A stretch of DNA of 64,000 nucleotides from NCBI GenBank assembly GCA_903919065.1, contig CAIXHD010000345.1:87231-151230 (forward strand). Direction: 5' to 3'. The first letter of the stretch is position 1. Every line of letters begins with the position of its first letter. The position numbers and the translations under genes were made by a program. This DNA comes from an uncultured Bacteroidota bacterium (lineage in GTDB: Bacteria; Bacteroidota; Bacteroidia; Bacteroidales; UBA12481). The notes beneath the pieces were generated by a model. The model was not told the DNA's origin. It made no database searches and saw only the letters and a list, made by a program, of their open reading frames with translations. Shown here one piece after another: positions 18,710 to 28,388 of this stretch.

Positions 18710-20269
18710 TTAAAGTGGAATATTCCCGTGTTTCTTTGGCGGATTTGAATCCTTTTTGGTGGCGAGGGTTTGAAAGGCCCTGACAATTCTGAATCGTGTA
18801 TTTCGTGGTTCGATCACATCGTCGATATAGCCGAATCGTGCAGCTTCGTAAGGATTAGCAAATTTTTCGCGGTACTCCTTTTCTTTCAGGTCAAAGTATT
18901 TTTTCCTTTCCTCTGGATCCTTGATTTCCATTAAGGCTTTTCCTTCAAGGATTTCGATAGCACCACGCGCACCCATAACTGCAATTTCAGCGGAAGGCCA
19001 TGCATAGTTGATATCGCCACGTAATTGCTTGCAGCTCATAACATCATGTGCACCACCATACGATTTACGCAATGTGACGGTAACTTTAGGGACAGTGGCT
19101 TCACCATATGCATACAAAAGTTTTGCCCCATTGGTAATAATCCCACCGAACTCCTGGGCACTGCCTGGTAAAAAGCCCGGAACATCAACCAAGGTTAGTA
19201 TAGGAACATTGAAGCAGTCACAAAAACGGACGAAACGACCGGCTTTTTTCGAGGCATCGATATCCAGAACCCCAGCCATGTGACTAGGCTGGTTGGCAAC
19301 TATACCGACTGACGCACCATTGAAGCGACCAAATCCAACAACAATATTCTGAGCGTAATTACGATGCATTTCAAAGAATTCATGATTGTCGACGATTTCA
19401 TGAATCACATCCTTAACATCGTATGGCTGGGTAGTACTTTCAGGTATTACATCATTCAGAAAATCGCAGGTTCTGTCGGTAGGATCTGCATTTTCAACGA
19501 CAGGAGCCTCTTCAAGATTATTGCTTGGGAGATAACTTAGCAATTTCCGGATCAGCATCAACCCCTCCTCCTCATCGCGGGCTATAAAGTGAGCCACGCC
19601 TGATTTCCTTCCATGAACAAGCGGACCGCCAAGATTTTCAACGGTTATATCCTCCCCCGTTACTGTTTTTGTAACTTTAGGACCCGTCACGAACATATAA
19701 GAATTACTTTCGCTCATGATGATGGCATCAGTAAGCGCGGGTGAATATACAGCCCCACCTGCACAGGGTCCGAAAATAGCGCTGATCTGAGGAACAACCC
19801 CTGAAGCAAGAATATTTCTCTGAAATATTTCGGCATATCCGGCAAGCGAATTTACGCCTTCCTGAATTCTGGCACCGCCACTGTCGTTTATCCCAATTAC
19901 CGGAGCTCCAACCTTCATAGCCTGATCCATCACCTTACAAATCTTCTGGGCAAAAGTTTCAGACAAGGCACCTCCGAAAACAGTGAAATCCTGAGAAAAA
20001 ACATAAACAATACGGCCGTCGATTGTTCCATGACCGGTAATTACTCCATCGGAAAGTACCTGCTGGATCTCCATCCCGAAATGAGTACAACGGTGGGTAA
20101 CAAACATGTCATACTCTTCAAAGCTGCCTTCATCCAGGAGCATGTCGATACGCTCCCGGGCAGTCATTTTTCCTTTAGCATGCTGTGACTCGACCCTTTT
20201 AGCACCCCCACCAAGCTTAGCCTCTTCACGCTTGTCGATGAGTTCCTTTATTTTTTCCAGACCCGACAT
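18710..20269 (-). CDS. mmdA: Methylmalonyl-CoA decarboxylase alpha subunit (acyl-CoA carboxyltransferase)
   Basis: 519 aa carboxyl-transferase domain protein of the PccB/MmdA family ([36 protein letters not shown]). Confidence 0.9.
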   Translation of the reverse strand: MSGLEKIKELIDKREEAKLGGGAKRVESQHAKGKMTARERIDMLLDEGSFEEYDMFVTHRCTHFGMEIQQVLSDGVITGHGTIDGRIVYVFSQDFTVFGGALSETFAQKICKVMDQAMKVGAPVIGINDSGGARIQEGVNSLAGYAEIFQRNILASGVVPQISAIFGPCAGGAVYSPALTDAIIMSESNSYMFVTGPKVTKTVTGEDITVENLGGPLVHGRKSGVAHFIARDEEEGLMLIRKLLSYLPSNNLEEAPVVENADPTDRTCDFLNDVIPESTTQPYDVKDVIHEIVDNHEFFEMHRNYAQNIVVGFGRFNGASVGIVANQPSHMAGVLDIDASKKAGRFVRFCDCFNVPILTLVDVPGFLPGSAQEFGGIITNGAKLLYAYGEATVPKVTVTLRKSYGGAHDVMSCKQLRGDINYAWPSAEIAVMGARGAIEILEGKALMEIKDPEERKKYFDLKEKEYREKFANPYEAARFGYIDDVIEPRNTRFRIVRAFQTLATKKDSNPPKKHGNIPL

Positions 20270-20279
20270 ATAAATGGTT

Positions 20280-20684
20280 TTATTTATTTGAGCAGAATTC
20301 AGTTAAGACCCCCATTGTGTTTTTGGGATGAAGGAATCCTATATTAAGTCCCTCAGCACCCTTTCTCGGAGTCTTATCGATCAGCCTGACACCCTTGGAT
20401 TCGGTTTCGGCCAGGGCTTCCTCAATATTGTCCACTGCAAAAGCAATATGGTGTATCCCCTCCCCTTTCTTTTCGATGAATTTTCCAATAGGGCCTTCAG
20501 GATCTGTTGATTCAAGAAGTTCAATTTTTGTTTCTCCTATCTTAAAAAAGGCGGTTCTTACTTTTTGATCAGCCACATCTTCAATGGCATAACAAGTAAG
20601 GTTCAATACTTTCTCATAAAAACTAATAGCTTCGTCGAGGTTGCTGACTGCGATCCCGATATGTTCAATACGTTCTATTTTCAT
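20280..20684 (-). CDS. mce: Methylmalonyl-CoA epimerase (VOC/glyoxalase fold)
   Basis: 134 aa with [14 protein letters not shown] and GIHHIAF metal-ligand motifs. It is the first gene of the mmd operon. Confidence 0.85.
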   Translation of the reverse strand: MKIERIEHIGIAVSNLDEAISFYEKVLNLTCYAIEDVADQKVRTAFFKIGETKIELLESTDPEGPIGKFIEKKGEGIHHIAFAVDNIEEALAETESKGVRLIDKTPRKGAEGLNIGFLHPKNTMGVLTEFCSNK

Positions 20685-20712
20685 TGTAAATCGCGGTTTA
20701 ATAGACTTTATG

Positions 20713-20720
20713 CAAAGGTA
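20713..20720 (-). promoter_or_regulatory. -7 promoter box TACCTTTG for the mce-mmd operon
   Basis: Exact TAnnTTTG match on the minus strand, 28 nt upstream of the mce ATG (20684). Confidence 0.5.
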
Positions 20721-20934
20721 CCTTCTGAAACTGAATCAAAATGCTTGAAGGGGTATGATTTTTATCAGGAATAAGCATTTATTTCATTGCTTTACAGATG
20801 GTTAATTATTATTTTTTAATCAGATTCATGATTTTTCTCAGGGATTAACAAATTCCCTACTTTTAATTTTAGAAATTTTATTAAAAAAAGCTTCACCAAT
20901 TATTTCAACAGTCTGAAATTCTAATACTTAATAA

Positions 20935-23900
20935 ATGAAAAGACAATTTTTGATCATTTTGGCTATTCTTGGGACCTTAGGAATCGCTAAAGCTCAGGAG
21001 GAAACCAAACTTCTGCGTTTTCCTTCCATTCACCAGAACCAGATCGTGTTTACCTATGCCGGCGACTTGTATACCACAACCGATAAAGGAGGCATTGCGC
21101 GCAGGTTAACATCGCATCCTGGCTTTGAAATGTTCGCAAAGTTTTCGCCAGATGGAAAAACAATTGCTTTCACCGGGCAATATGATGGGAATACTGAAGT
21201 CTTCACCATTCCGGCAGAGGGCGGCATACCGAAAAGAATAACCTTCACAGCAACGCTATCCCGCGACGATGTAGGTGACCGGATGGGACCCAATAACATT
21301 GTCATGGGTTGGACTCCAGACGGTAAATTCATCATTTACCGATCAAGGAAGCAAACCTTCAATGACTTTAAAGGCCAGATCTTTAAAGTACCTGTCAATG
21401 GCGGTCTGTCTGAGCAATTGCCGTTTTCTGTGGCTGGATCCAACAGTTTCTCTCCTGATGGCAAGAAATTAGCTTTTAACCGGGTTTTCCGTGAATTCCG
21501 TACCTGGAAATATTACGAAGGCGGGATGGCCGATGATATCTGGATTTATGATTTCACGACAGAAAAGTCAGAAAACATAACGAATAATAACGCTCAGGAC
21601 ATTTTCCCGATGTGGAGTGGCAATAAGATATATTTCCTTTCCGACAGGGACAGGACAATGAACCTTTTTTGCTACGACCAGACGGCAAAGACAACGGTTA
21701 AAGCTACTGATTTCAAGGATTATGACATCAAATTTCCATCGATTGGCGACCAGAATATTATTTTTGAAAATGCCGGATCGCTTTTCACTTACAACTTAAC
21801 AGACAGTAAGTTAAACAGGATTTCGGTTATTATTGACAATGATTTTCTATATAATCGTAAAGAATGGAAAGATGTCTCCGGGTCAGTAACCGGAGCTGAT
21901 TTATCGCCAAATGGTGAAAGGCTCATTATCTCGGCAAGGGGAGAACTTTTTAATACTCCGGTCAAGCAAGGGATTACCAGAAACCTGACCAACACATCAG
22001 GTGTTCATGAACGCACTGCCTTATGGTCGCCTGATGGCAAATGGATTGCCTATATATCAGACAAAACCGGCGAATTCGAGATCTACCTTTCTGATCCGAA
22101 AACACTTGAATCTGCTAAAGCCCTGACAAAAAACAGTGACAATTATATTTTTGATTTTGCATGGTCACCTGACAGCAAATCAATTCTTTACTACGACAAG
22201 AAGTTTTGTTTATACAATATTGATGTGGCTTCGGGCAAAAAAACTAAAATTCTGGAGTCTGAAATGGGACCAATTGGTCAATTTGCCTGGTCACCGGACA
22301 GTAAATGGATTGCCTATGTTTTGCCCGAGCAAGGGATGGGTATAATCAGGCTTTACTCTTTTGAGACCGGAAAGATATTTGATGTGACTGATGAGTGGTA
22401 CAATTCCGGCGGTCCGGTTTTCAGCCGGGATGGAAAGTATTTGGTTTTTGTATCAGCAAGGACATTCAATCCTTCCTATTCTGCTACTGAATGGAATCAC
22501 AGTTATCAGGATATGAATAAAATGTATCTGGTTACTCTGAATCCGGAAACTCTCTCTCCTTTCGTCCCAAAAGACGATCAGGTTGTGGTTACCGGTGATT
22601 CCGTAAAAGCTGCTGCTCCGGCAAAAGATGCAAAAAAGGCAACCCTCTCCATTGATCCTGCAGGCATCAAGGATCGGATCCTTGAAATTCCAACTTCCGC
22701 GGGAAATTATTTTAATCTTGAACTGGTTAACGACAAAATCTACTACCTGTTTGCCTCCTCTGAAACTCAGGGATCAAGATTCAAACTATTTGATCTGGCA
22801 AAGCAAAAAGAGACTGAATTGGGTCAGAATACCGGTTATTCATTGAGCTCGAATGGAAAGAAAATGTTGCTCAGCCAGGGAGGTAAATACGGTGTGGTTG
22901 ATATCCCTTCCGGTAAGGCTTCCATTGAGGAATCGATTAATCTTTCGGGGTTAAAAGTCATGGTGGACAAGCAGGAAGAATGGCAACAGATTTTTGATGA
23001 AACCTGGAGGCATATGCGTGACTTCTTTTATGATCGGAACATGCACGGGGTTGATTGGAAAGCCATTCACGAGAAATATCAGCCATTGGTTAAATATGCA
23101 CGCCACCGCTCAGATTTATCGTACATTTTTGGTGAGATGATTGGTGAGTTAAACGTGGGCCACGCATACGTTAACAATGGCGAGAGGCCGATGCCTGAAA
23201 GAATTCAGATGGGTTTACTGGGTGCTCAGCTATCCCGGAGTGAATCAGGCTATTTCAGGATCGATAAGATCATGGAAGGAGCTAATTGGTCACCGGAATT
23301 AAGATCTCCGCTAACTGAGTCGGGATTAACCATTAAAGCTGGTGACTATATTACAGGAATCGACGGACAGTCAGTCAAGAACGTAGCTGACCTCTATTCT
23401 ATGCTGATTGGAAAAGCTAACCAGCTAATCGAGTTGATGATATCAACTTCGGCAGATGGATCAAACGCAAAACCATACTTGGTGAAGACAATTGCCAGTG
23501 AATCAGCGCTCATCTATTACGATTGGGTCCAGGGAAATACGAAAAAGGTTGAAGAAGCCACCAACGGTGAGGTCGGATACATTCACATTCCTGACATGGG
23601 AGTTACCGGTCTTAACGAGTTCGTTAAGCATTACTACCCGCAGCTTACCAAAAAAGCGCTGATTATTGATGATCGTGGAAACGGTGGCGGTAATGTTTCT
23701 CCAATGATCATTGAGCGTTTACAGCGAGAAATAACTTATGCAACGGTTGCAGCAAATCAAAAGCATGGCTCAGTTAATCCTTCCGGAACTCTGGCAGGAC
23801 CGAAGATCACACTTATCGACCGTTATTCAGCATCAGATGGTGACCTTTTCCCCTACCGGTTCAAAAAACTTCAGCTGGGCAAATTGGTTGGAGTGAGAAC

Positions 23901-24177
23901 CTGGGGAGGCGTTGTCGGATATAGCGGACAAATCCCTTGTATTGACGGAGGATCAATCATTACCCCTTCATTTGCTCCATATGCCGCGGACGGCAGTGGT
24001 TTTATCATTGAAGGCACCGGTGTTGAGCCGGATGTTATGATTGACAATGATCCGCATGAAGAGTTCAAAGGTATCGACAGGCAGCTTGACAAAGCCATTG
24101 AACTGATTAAGGAAGAGGTTAAAACCTACACCAAAACAGTTCCGCCGATTCCAGCTTATCCGAAAAAAAATAAATAG
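20935..24177 (+). CDS. Tricorn-protease-like S41 peptidase (beta-propellers, PDZ, C-terminal peptidase domain)
   Basis: 1080 aa with signal peptide MKRQFLIILAILGTLGIAKAQ. It has repeated TolB/PD40-like motifs (FSPDGK, WSPDGKWIAY, WSPDSK), a PDZ-like segment, and an S41 core with RGNGGGNVS and SASDGDLF. Confidence 0.85.
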   Translation: MKRQFLIILAILGTLGIAKAQEETKLLRFPSIHQNQIVFTYAGDLYTTTDKGGIARRLTSHPGFEMFAKFSPDGKTIAFTGQYDGNTEVFTIPAEGGIPKRITFTATLSRDDVGDRMGPNNIVMGWTPDGKFIIYRSRKQTFNDFKGQIFKVPVNGGLSEQLPFSVAGSNSFSPDGKKLAFNRVFREFRTWKYYEGGMADDIWIYDFTTEKSENITNNNAQDIFPMWSGNKIYFLSDRDRTMNLFCYDQTAKTTVKATDFKDYDIKFPSIGDQNIIFENAGSLFTYNLTDSKLNRISVIIDNDFLYNRKEWKDVSGSVTGADLSPNGERLIISARGELFNTPVKQGITRNLTNTSGVHERTALWSPDGKWIAYISDKTGEFEIYLSDPKTLESAKALTKNSDNYIFDFAWSPDSKSILYYDKKFCLYNIDVASGKKTKILESEMGPIGQFAWSPDSKWIAYVLPEQGMGIIRLYSFETGKIFDVTDEWYNSGGPVFSRDGKYLVFVSARTFNPSYSATEWNHSYQDMNKMYLVTLNPETLSPFVPKDDQVVVTGDSVKAAAPAKDAKKATLSIDPAGIKDRILEIPTSAGNYFNLELVNDKIYYLFASSETQGSRFKLFDLAKQKETELGQNTGYSLSSNGKKMLLSQGGKYGVVDIPSGKASIEESINLSGLKVMVDKQEEWQQIFDETWRHMRDFFYDRNMHGVDWKAIHEKYQPLVKYARHRSDLSYIFGEMIGELNVGHAYVNNGERPMPERIQMGLLGAQLSRSESGYFRIDKIMEGANWSPELRSPLTESGLTIKAGDYITGIDGQSVKNVADLYSMLIGKANQLIELMISTSADGSNAKPYLVKTIASESALIYYDWVQGNTKKVEEATNGEVGYIHIPDMGVTGLNEFVKHYYPQLTKKALIIDDRGNGGGNVSPMIIERLQREITYATVAANQKHGSVNPSGTLAGPKITLIDRYSASDGDLFPYRFKKLQLGKLVGVRTWGGVVGYSGQIPCIDGGSIITPSFAPYAADGSGFIIEGTGVEPDVMIDNDPHEEFKGIDRQLDKAIELIKEEVKTYTKTVPPIPAYPKKNK

Positions 24178-24197
24178 CGGAGTATTTGACTTAAACG

Positions 24198-24228
24198 AAG
24201 CCGGATTTAAACGATCCGGCTTTTTTTT
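24198..24228 (+). terminator. Rho-independent terminator after the tricorn-like gene
   Basis: The stem AAGCCGGAT (24198..24206) pairs with ATCCGGCTT (24214..24222) and runs into a T8 tract. Confidence 0.75.
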
Positions 24229-24257
24229 CGTACTTTTTGACGATTAAAAGATAGTAC

Positions 24258-27200
24258 ATGATAAAATTTGGCATTAAGGCCCGGCTGACAGCTGGCATCA
24301 TATCTGCGGTTGGGGTGATTACCTTAGTTCTGGTTGGTTACTATTCACTGCACGACCTCAATGCAGACAAGGGCAATGCCGTTGAAACAATGAGGATCTC
24401 AAGTGACAAAATCACCTCTGAAATATCCAGGCGGCTGAGTATCGGCCTGGGCCGGACCAGATCGCTGACTAACATTTTGAAGAGTATTCAGGATAAAGAT
24501 TCTATTGCTCAGGATGCAATTATCGATCCTTTTCTCTACGATGCAATGAAGGCCGACACTAATTATCTGGCATTCTGGATCAGCTTCGAACTTAAATATA
24601 TCCTTCCCAGGCAACCAGACCAGTCTGGCAGAAAAACCTGGCTTGTTGACCGAATGAGTGGCCAGTTGAAAAAGAGATTTGAGTGGAGGGGCGTTTATGG
24701 CATAAAAGAATCTGAACAGTATTTGACAATCAGAAGGACCAAGACCGAAGCTTTAGTGGATCCATATTGGTACGACCCCAGAACCTTCCGGGTTAACGTG
24801 GATTCGATACTTGTTGCCACAATTGCCGTTCCCGTAATAGACAGTCTACGCGGCAATCTGGTTGTGGGTCTTGCAGGAATCGACTTTAACCTCCGCCAGT
24901 TCAATAAGTTTATCAGGGAAACTGACAGCAGCTTAAACTATCGGACTTACCTGATTTCCAATAATGGAACTATTGTGGTTGCTCCCGAAACCAGTCTGAC
25001 AGGAAAGGATTTTAAAGCAATTACCGATTTTCCGATCAATTCTTTGGGGAAATTTGATGTTATGTCCAAAGACACTACTTTGGATCATGGAGAATTTAAA
25101 AGTGCTGAGGGATTGGTTTATTCTTATCACTTGAATACGGTTAAAATAGGCAAATCAGATAAGAACTGGTACCTGTGCATTGTGGCATCGAATCGCGAAT
25201 TACTAAAAGATGCGAAACGTACTTTTATTAAATCAGTATTTATAGGTTTGGCAGGCATCATTCTGATGATTATCCTCATTTATTTTATCTCTAACCCTTT
25301 AGTCCGACCGATTACAGAAACCACCCGGGTTTTGGATACTTTGTCTCAGGGTAAAATTGATGAGGGAAATAAACTTGAAGACCACGATCGTCATGAATTA
25401 GGAATCATGGCCGGATCAGTCAACAGGATCAGGGAAAGGTTCAGGGCTATTGCCGGATTTGCGGAAGATATTGGCCAAGGCAAACTTGACACTGTTTATC
25501 CGTATAATACAAAGGATGATATACTTGGGCAATCGCTTGAGCAGATGCAGGCAGACCTGATAAAGTTTCATGACGAAACAGCAAAAAAGGATTGGGTTAA
25601 AACGGGTATTGCCGGGTTAAATGATGAACTCAGGGGGGCTGTTGATCTGGAGTCTCTGGCAAAATACTGTATACAATACATTGCACAATATCTTGCACTT
25701 CCTGTGGGAGCTCTATACTATGCAGATGAAACAAACAAGGTCCTTCGTCTGGGGGCAGGTTATGCGATCTCCAAAGGAAAAGACCCATTTGATTTTATAA
25801 AATATGGAGATGGATTGGCCGGCGAATGCGCAGTCGGGCGCAAACCGATCATTCTTGCAGAGATTCCCCAGGATTATTTCGCAATTAAATCAGCAACCGG
25901 GTCGACTACTCCAACCGGACTTGTTGTTATTCCTTGCATCTACAACAAAATTCTTTTCGCAGTATTGGAACTTGGAAAGCTTTCAGGATTCAGTGCGAAT
26001 GAGTTGGAATTGCTGAACAGCTTTTCAGACAACATAGCAATCACGGTTCAAACTGTCAAGGCAAAGGACGACATGAGTGCACTGCTGGCTAAAACACTTG
26101 AGCAAAAAGAGGAGCTTCAGGCCCAGGAAGAAGAACTTCGCGAAGCCAACCAGGAGCAGGAAAAAAACGCTCAGCTGCTTGAGGAACAATCCGAGAAGAT
26201 TTCAGAGAAAAATCGTTCTCTGGAAATTGCCTCAAAAGTGATTGAGGAAAAAGCCAAAGATCTGGAACAGGCATCACGATACAAGTCAGAGTTTCTGGCC
26301 AACATGTCCCATGAATTGCGGACTCCGTTGAATTCAATGCTGATTCTATCTCAGTCGCTTGCACAAAATCACTCTGGCAATCTTGGAAGTGACGAAGTGG
26401 AATCGGCACAGATCATTTATAAAAGCGGAAATGATCTTCACGATCTCATCAATGAGATTCTTGATCTTTCGAAGATTGAAGCAGGGAAGATGTCAATAAA
26501 TATTGAAACTATTGAAGTCAGGCAGATTCAGGAAAATATCTCTTCATTGTACCGCGCCACCGTAGCAAGCAAAGGTCTCAGTTGGACTGTTTCCATTGAA
26601 CCCGGCTGTCCGGCCAATCTTAATACGGATCAGCAGAGAACTGAACAGATCATTAAAAATCTTGTTTCAAATGCTATAAAATTCACCTCTAAAGGTGGAA
26701 TCAGTGTAACATTCAAAAAGGCTCCTAAAGACCTTCCTCTCAATAATCCGTCGCTCAAGAAGGAGCAATATATAGCGATAATGGTAGCTGATACAGGTAT
26801 AGGGATCCCACGCGAAAAACAACAAGCCATTTTTGAGGCTTTTCAACAGGCCGATGGCAGTATTTCCCGCAAATTCGGTGGAACGGGTTTAGGATTATCC
26901 ATTTCAAAGGAGCTGGCCAAGTTACTCAATGGTGAAATTCACATATCCAGCACGCCAGGTCAGGGCTCAGTTTTTACTTTGATTCTGCCCTCCACTGGTT
27001 CTGAAGACCTCCAAAACAAACAGCAATCTGGCCCGGCACCCGCAGAAGTTGCAACACCTGATTATGAAAACCTTTCAGCGCCTGTTTATGTCAATGATGT
27101 ACCCATTGAGGATGCTGCAATGTTTATATCAGACGATCGAGCCAATTTATCTTCAGAGATAGAACTCATTCTGATCATTGAGGATGATCCTGATTTTGCT

Positions 27201-28331
27201 AAAATCCTACTCAAAGAATGTCACAAGCAGCATTTTAAGTGCATTATCGCTGGCGATGGGGAAACCGGTTATCAGCTTGCAAAAAAGTATTTACCAGCTG
27301 CTGTAATTCTGGATATAAAATTACCTGGGATTGACGGTTGGAAAGTTCTTGACCTTATTAAACATGATCCACAAATCAGGCATATTCCAGTTCATATGAT
27401 GTCCTCTATGGATGAAACCATCGAGGCCTATCAGAAGGGTGCGATTGGTTATCTAAAGAAACCGGTGAACGCTGAATCTCTTTCAGGAGCTTTTGAGAAA
27501 ATTGATCATTTCCTCGAGAAAAAAATGAAGCATCTGCTTATTGTAGAGGATAATGAACTCATGCAAAAAACTATTCGTCATTTACTAAAAGGTTCTGATA
27601 TTGTTATCAGCGAAGTGTCAACTGCCCTCGAGTGCATTGAAATTCTCAAAAAAGAAGTATTCGATTGCATAATTCTTGATCTTGGTTTGCCAGACAAGAA
27701 CGGATTGGAGGTCATAAGTGAAATCAGGGAAATGCACCTCGATCCAACTCCTCCAATCATTGTTTACACCGGCCAGGAGCTCACAAAGGACCAAAATGAT
27801 GAACTCAACAAATATACCAAGTCGATAATTATTAAAGGGGTAAGATCAGAAGAGCGATTACTGGATGAAGCTACACTGTTCCTTCATCGTGTTGTAGAGG
27901 ATTTGCCTCAGCAACAGCAAAACATCCTCAAAAAGCTGTATGAGAAAGAGGACACATTTGAAGGCAGGAAGGTTTTACTGGTAGATGATGATATGCGTAA
28001 CATCTTCGCACTTGCAAAAGTATTTGAAGAAAAAGGCATCAGTGTACTGAAAGCAGCTAATGGTTTGAAAGCATTGGAGATGCTCGAATCTAATATTGAT
28101 ATCGATGCAATCCTGATGGATATTATGATGCCTGAAATGGATGGATTCGAATGCATTCAGAGAATCAGAAAAGATCCTCGTTTCAAAAATACTCCCATTA
28201 TTGCGGTAACAGCAAAGGCGATGAAGGAAGATCGCCAAAAATGCATGGATGCAGGGGCATCAGATTATGTCTCCAAACCGATTGATATCAATAAGTTGTT
28301 ATCGATTTTACGAGTATGGCTAAAAAAATGA
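24258..28331 (+). CDS. Hybrid sensor histidine kinase: TM, Cache-like domain, TM, HAMP, GAF, coiled coil, HisKA, HATPase and three receiver domains
   Basis: 1357 aa. Features are the second TM IGLAGIILMIILIYFI, the H-box MSHELRTPLNS, N/G boxes NLVSNAIKFT, DTGIGIP and GTGLGLSISK, and receiver Asp contexts ILDIKLPGIDG, ILDLGLPDKNG and LMDIMMPEMDG. Confidence 0.85.
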   Translation: MIKFGIKARLTAGIISAVGVITLVLVGYYSLHDLNADKGNAVETMRISSDKITSEISRRLSIGLGRTRSLTNILKSIQDKDSIAQDAIIDPFLYDAMKADTNYLAFWISFELKYILPRQPDQSGRKTWLVDRMSGQLKKRFEWRGVYGIKESEQYLTIRRTKTEALVDPYWYDPRTFRVNVDSILVATIAVPVIDSLRGNLVVGLAGIDFNLRQFNKFIRETDSSLNYRTYLISNNGTIVVAPETSLTGKDFKAITDFPINSLGKFDVMSKDTTLDHGEFKSAEGLVYSYHLNTVKIGKSDKNWYLCIVASNRELLKDAKRTFIKSVFIGLAGIILMIILIYFISNPLVRPITETTRVLDTLSQGKIDEGNKLEDHDRHELGIMAGSVNRIRERFRAIAGFAEDIGQGKLDTVYPYNTKDDILGQSLEQMQADLIKFHDETAKKDWVKTGIAGLNDELRGAVDLESLAKYCIQYIAQYLALPVGALYYADETNKVLRLGAGYAISKGKDPFDFIKYGDGLAGECAVGRKPIILAEIPQDYFAIKSATGSTTPTGLVVIPCIYNKILFAVLELGKLSGFSANELELLNSFSDNIAITVQTVKAKDDMSALLAKTLEQKEELQAQEEELREANQEQEKNAQLLEEQSEKISEKNRSLEIASKVIEEKAKDLEQASRYKSEFLANMSHELRTPLNSMLILSQSLAQNHSGNLGSDEVESAQIIYKSGNDLHDLINEILDLSKIEAGKMSINIETIEVRQIQENISSLYRATVASKGLSWTVSIEPGCPANLNTDQQRTEQIIKNLVSNAIKFTSKGGISVTFKKAPKDLPLNNPSLKKEQYIAIMVADTGIGIPREKQQAIFEAFQQADGSISRKFGGTGLGLSISKELAKLLNGEIHISSTPGQGSVFTLILPSTGSEDLQNKQQSGPAPAEVATPDYENLSAPVYVNDVPIEDAAMFISDDRANLSSEIELILIIEDDPDFAKILLKECHKQHFKCIIAGDGETGYQLAKKYLPAAVILDIKLPGIDGWKVLDLIKHDPQIRHIPVHMMSSMDETIEAYQKGAIGYLKKPVNAESLSGAFEKIDHFLEKKMKHLLIVEDNELMQKTIRHLLKGSDIVISEVSTALECIEILKKEVFDCIILDLGLPDKNGLEVISEIREMHLDPTPPIIVYTGQELTKDQNDELNKYTKSIIIKGVRSEERLLDEATLFLHRVVEDLPQQQQNILKKLYEKEDTFEGRKVLLVDDDMRNIFALAKVFEEKGISVLKAANGLKALEMLESNIDIDAILMDIMMPEMDGFECIQRIRKDPRFKNTPIIAVTAKAMKEDRQKCMDAGASDYVSKPIDINKLLSILRVWLKK

Positions 28332-28349
28332 TCTTGTTCTGTAAATCCA

Positions 28350-28357
28350 TATATTTG
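28350..28357 (+). promoter_or_regulatory. -7 promoter box TATATTTG ahead of the second hybrid kinase
   Basis: Exact TAnnTTTG match 31 nt upstream of ATG 28389, in the 57-nt gap after the first kinase gene. Confidence 0.4.
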
Positions 28358-28388
28358 CATCTAAGGCAAAGCCAAGAACTAAAATAAT

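Noticed and set aside
18700-18786. The N-terminal extension of the OadG-like ORF, which overlaps mmdA by 77 nt.
   Set aside because: The internal ATG 18699 lies 10 nt after the mmdA stop and yields the expected N-terminal TM helix. The extension is Pro/Arg-rich and has no family resemblance.
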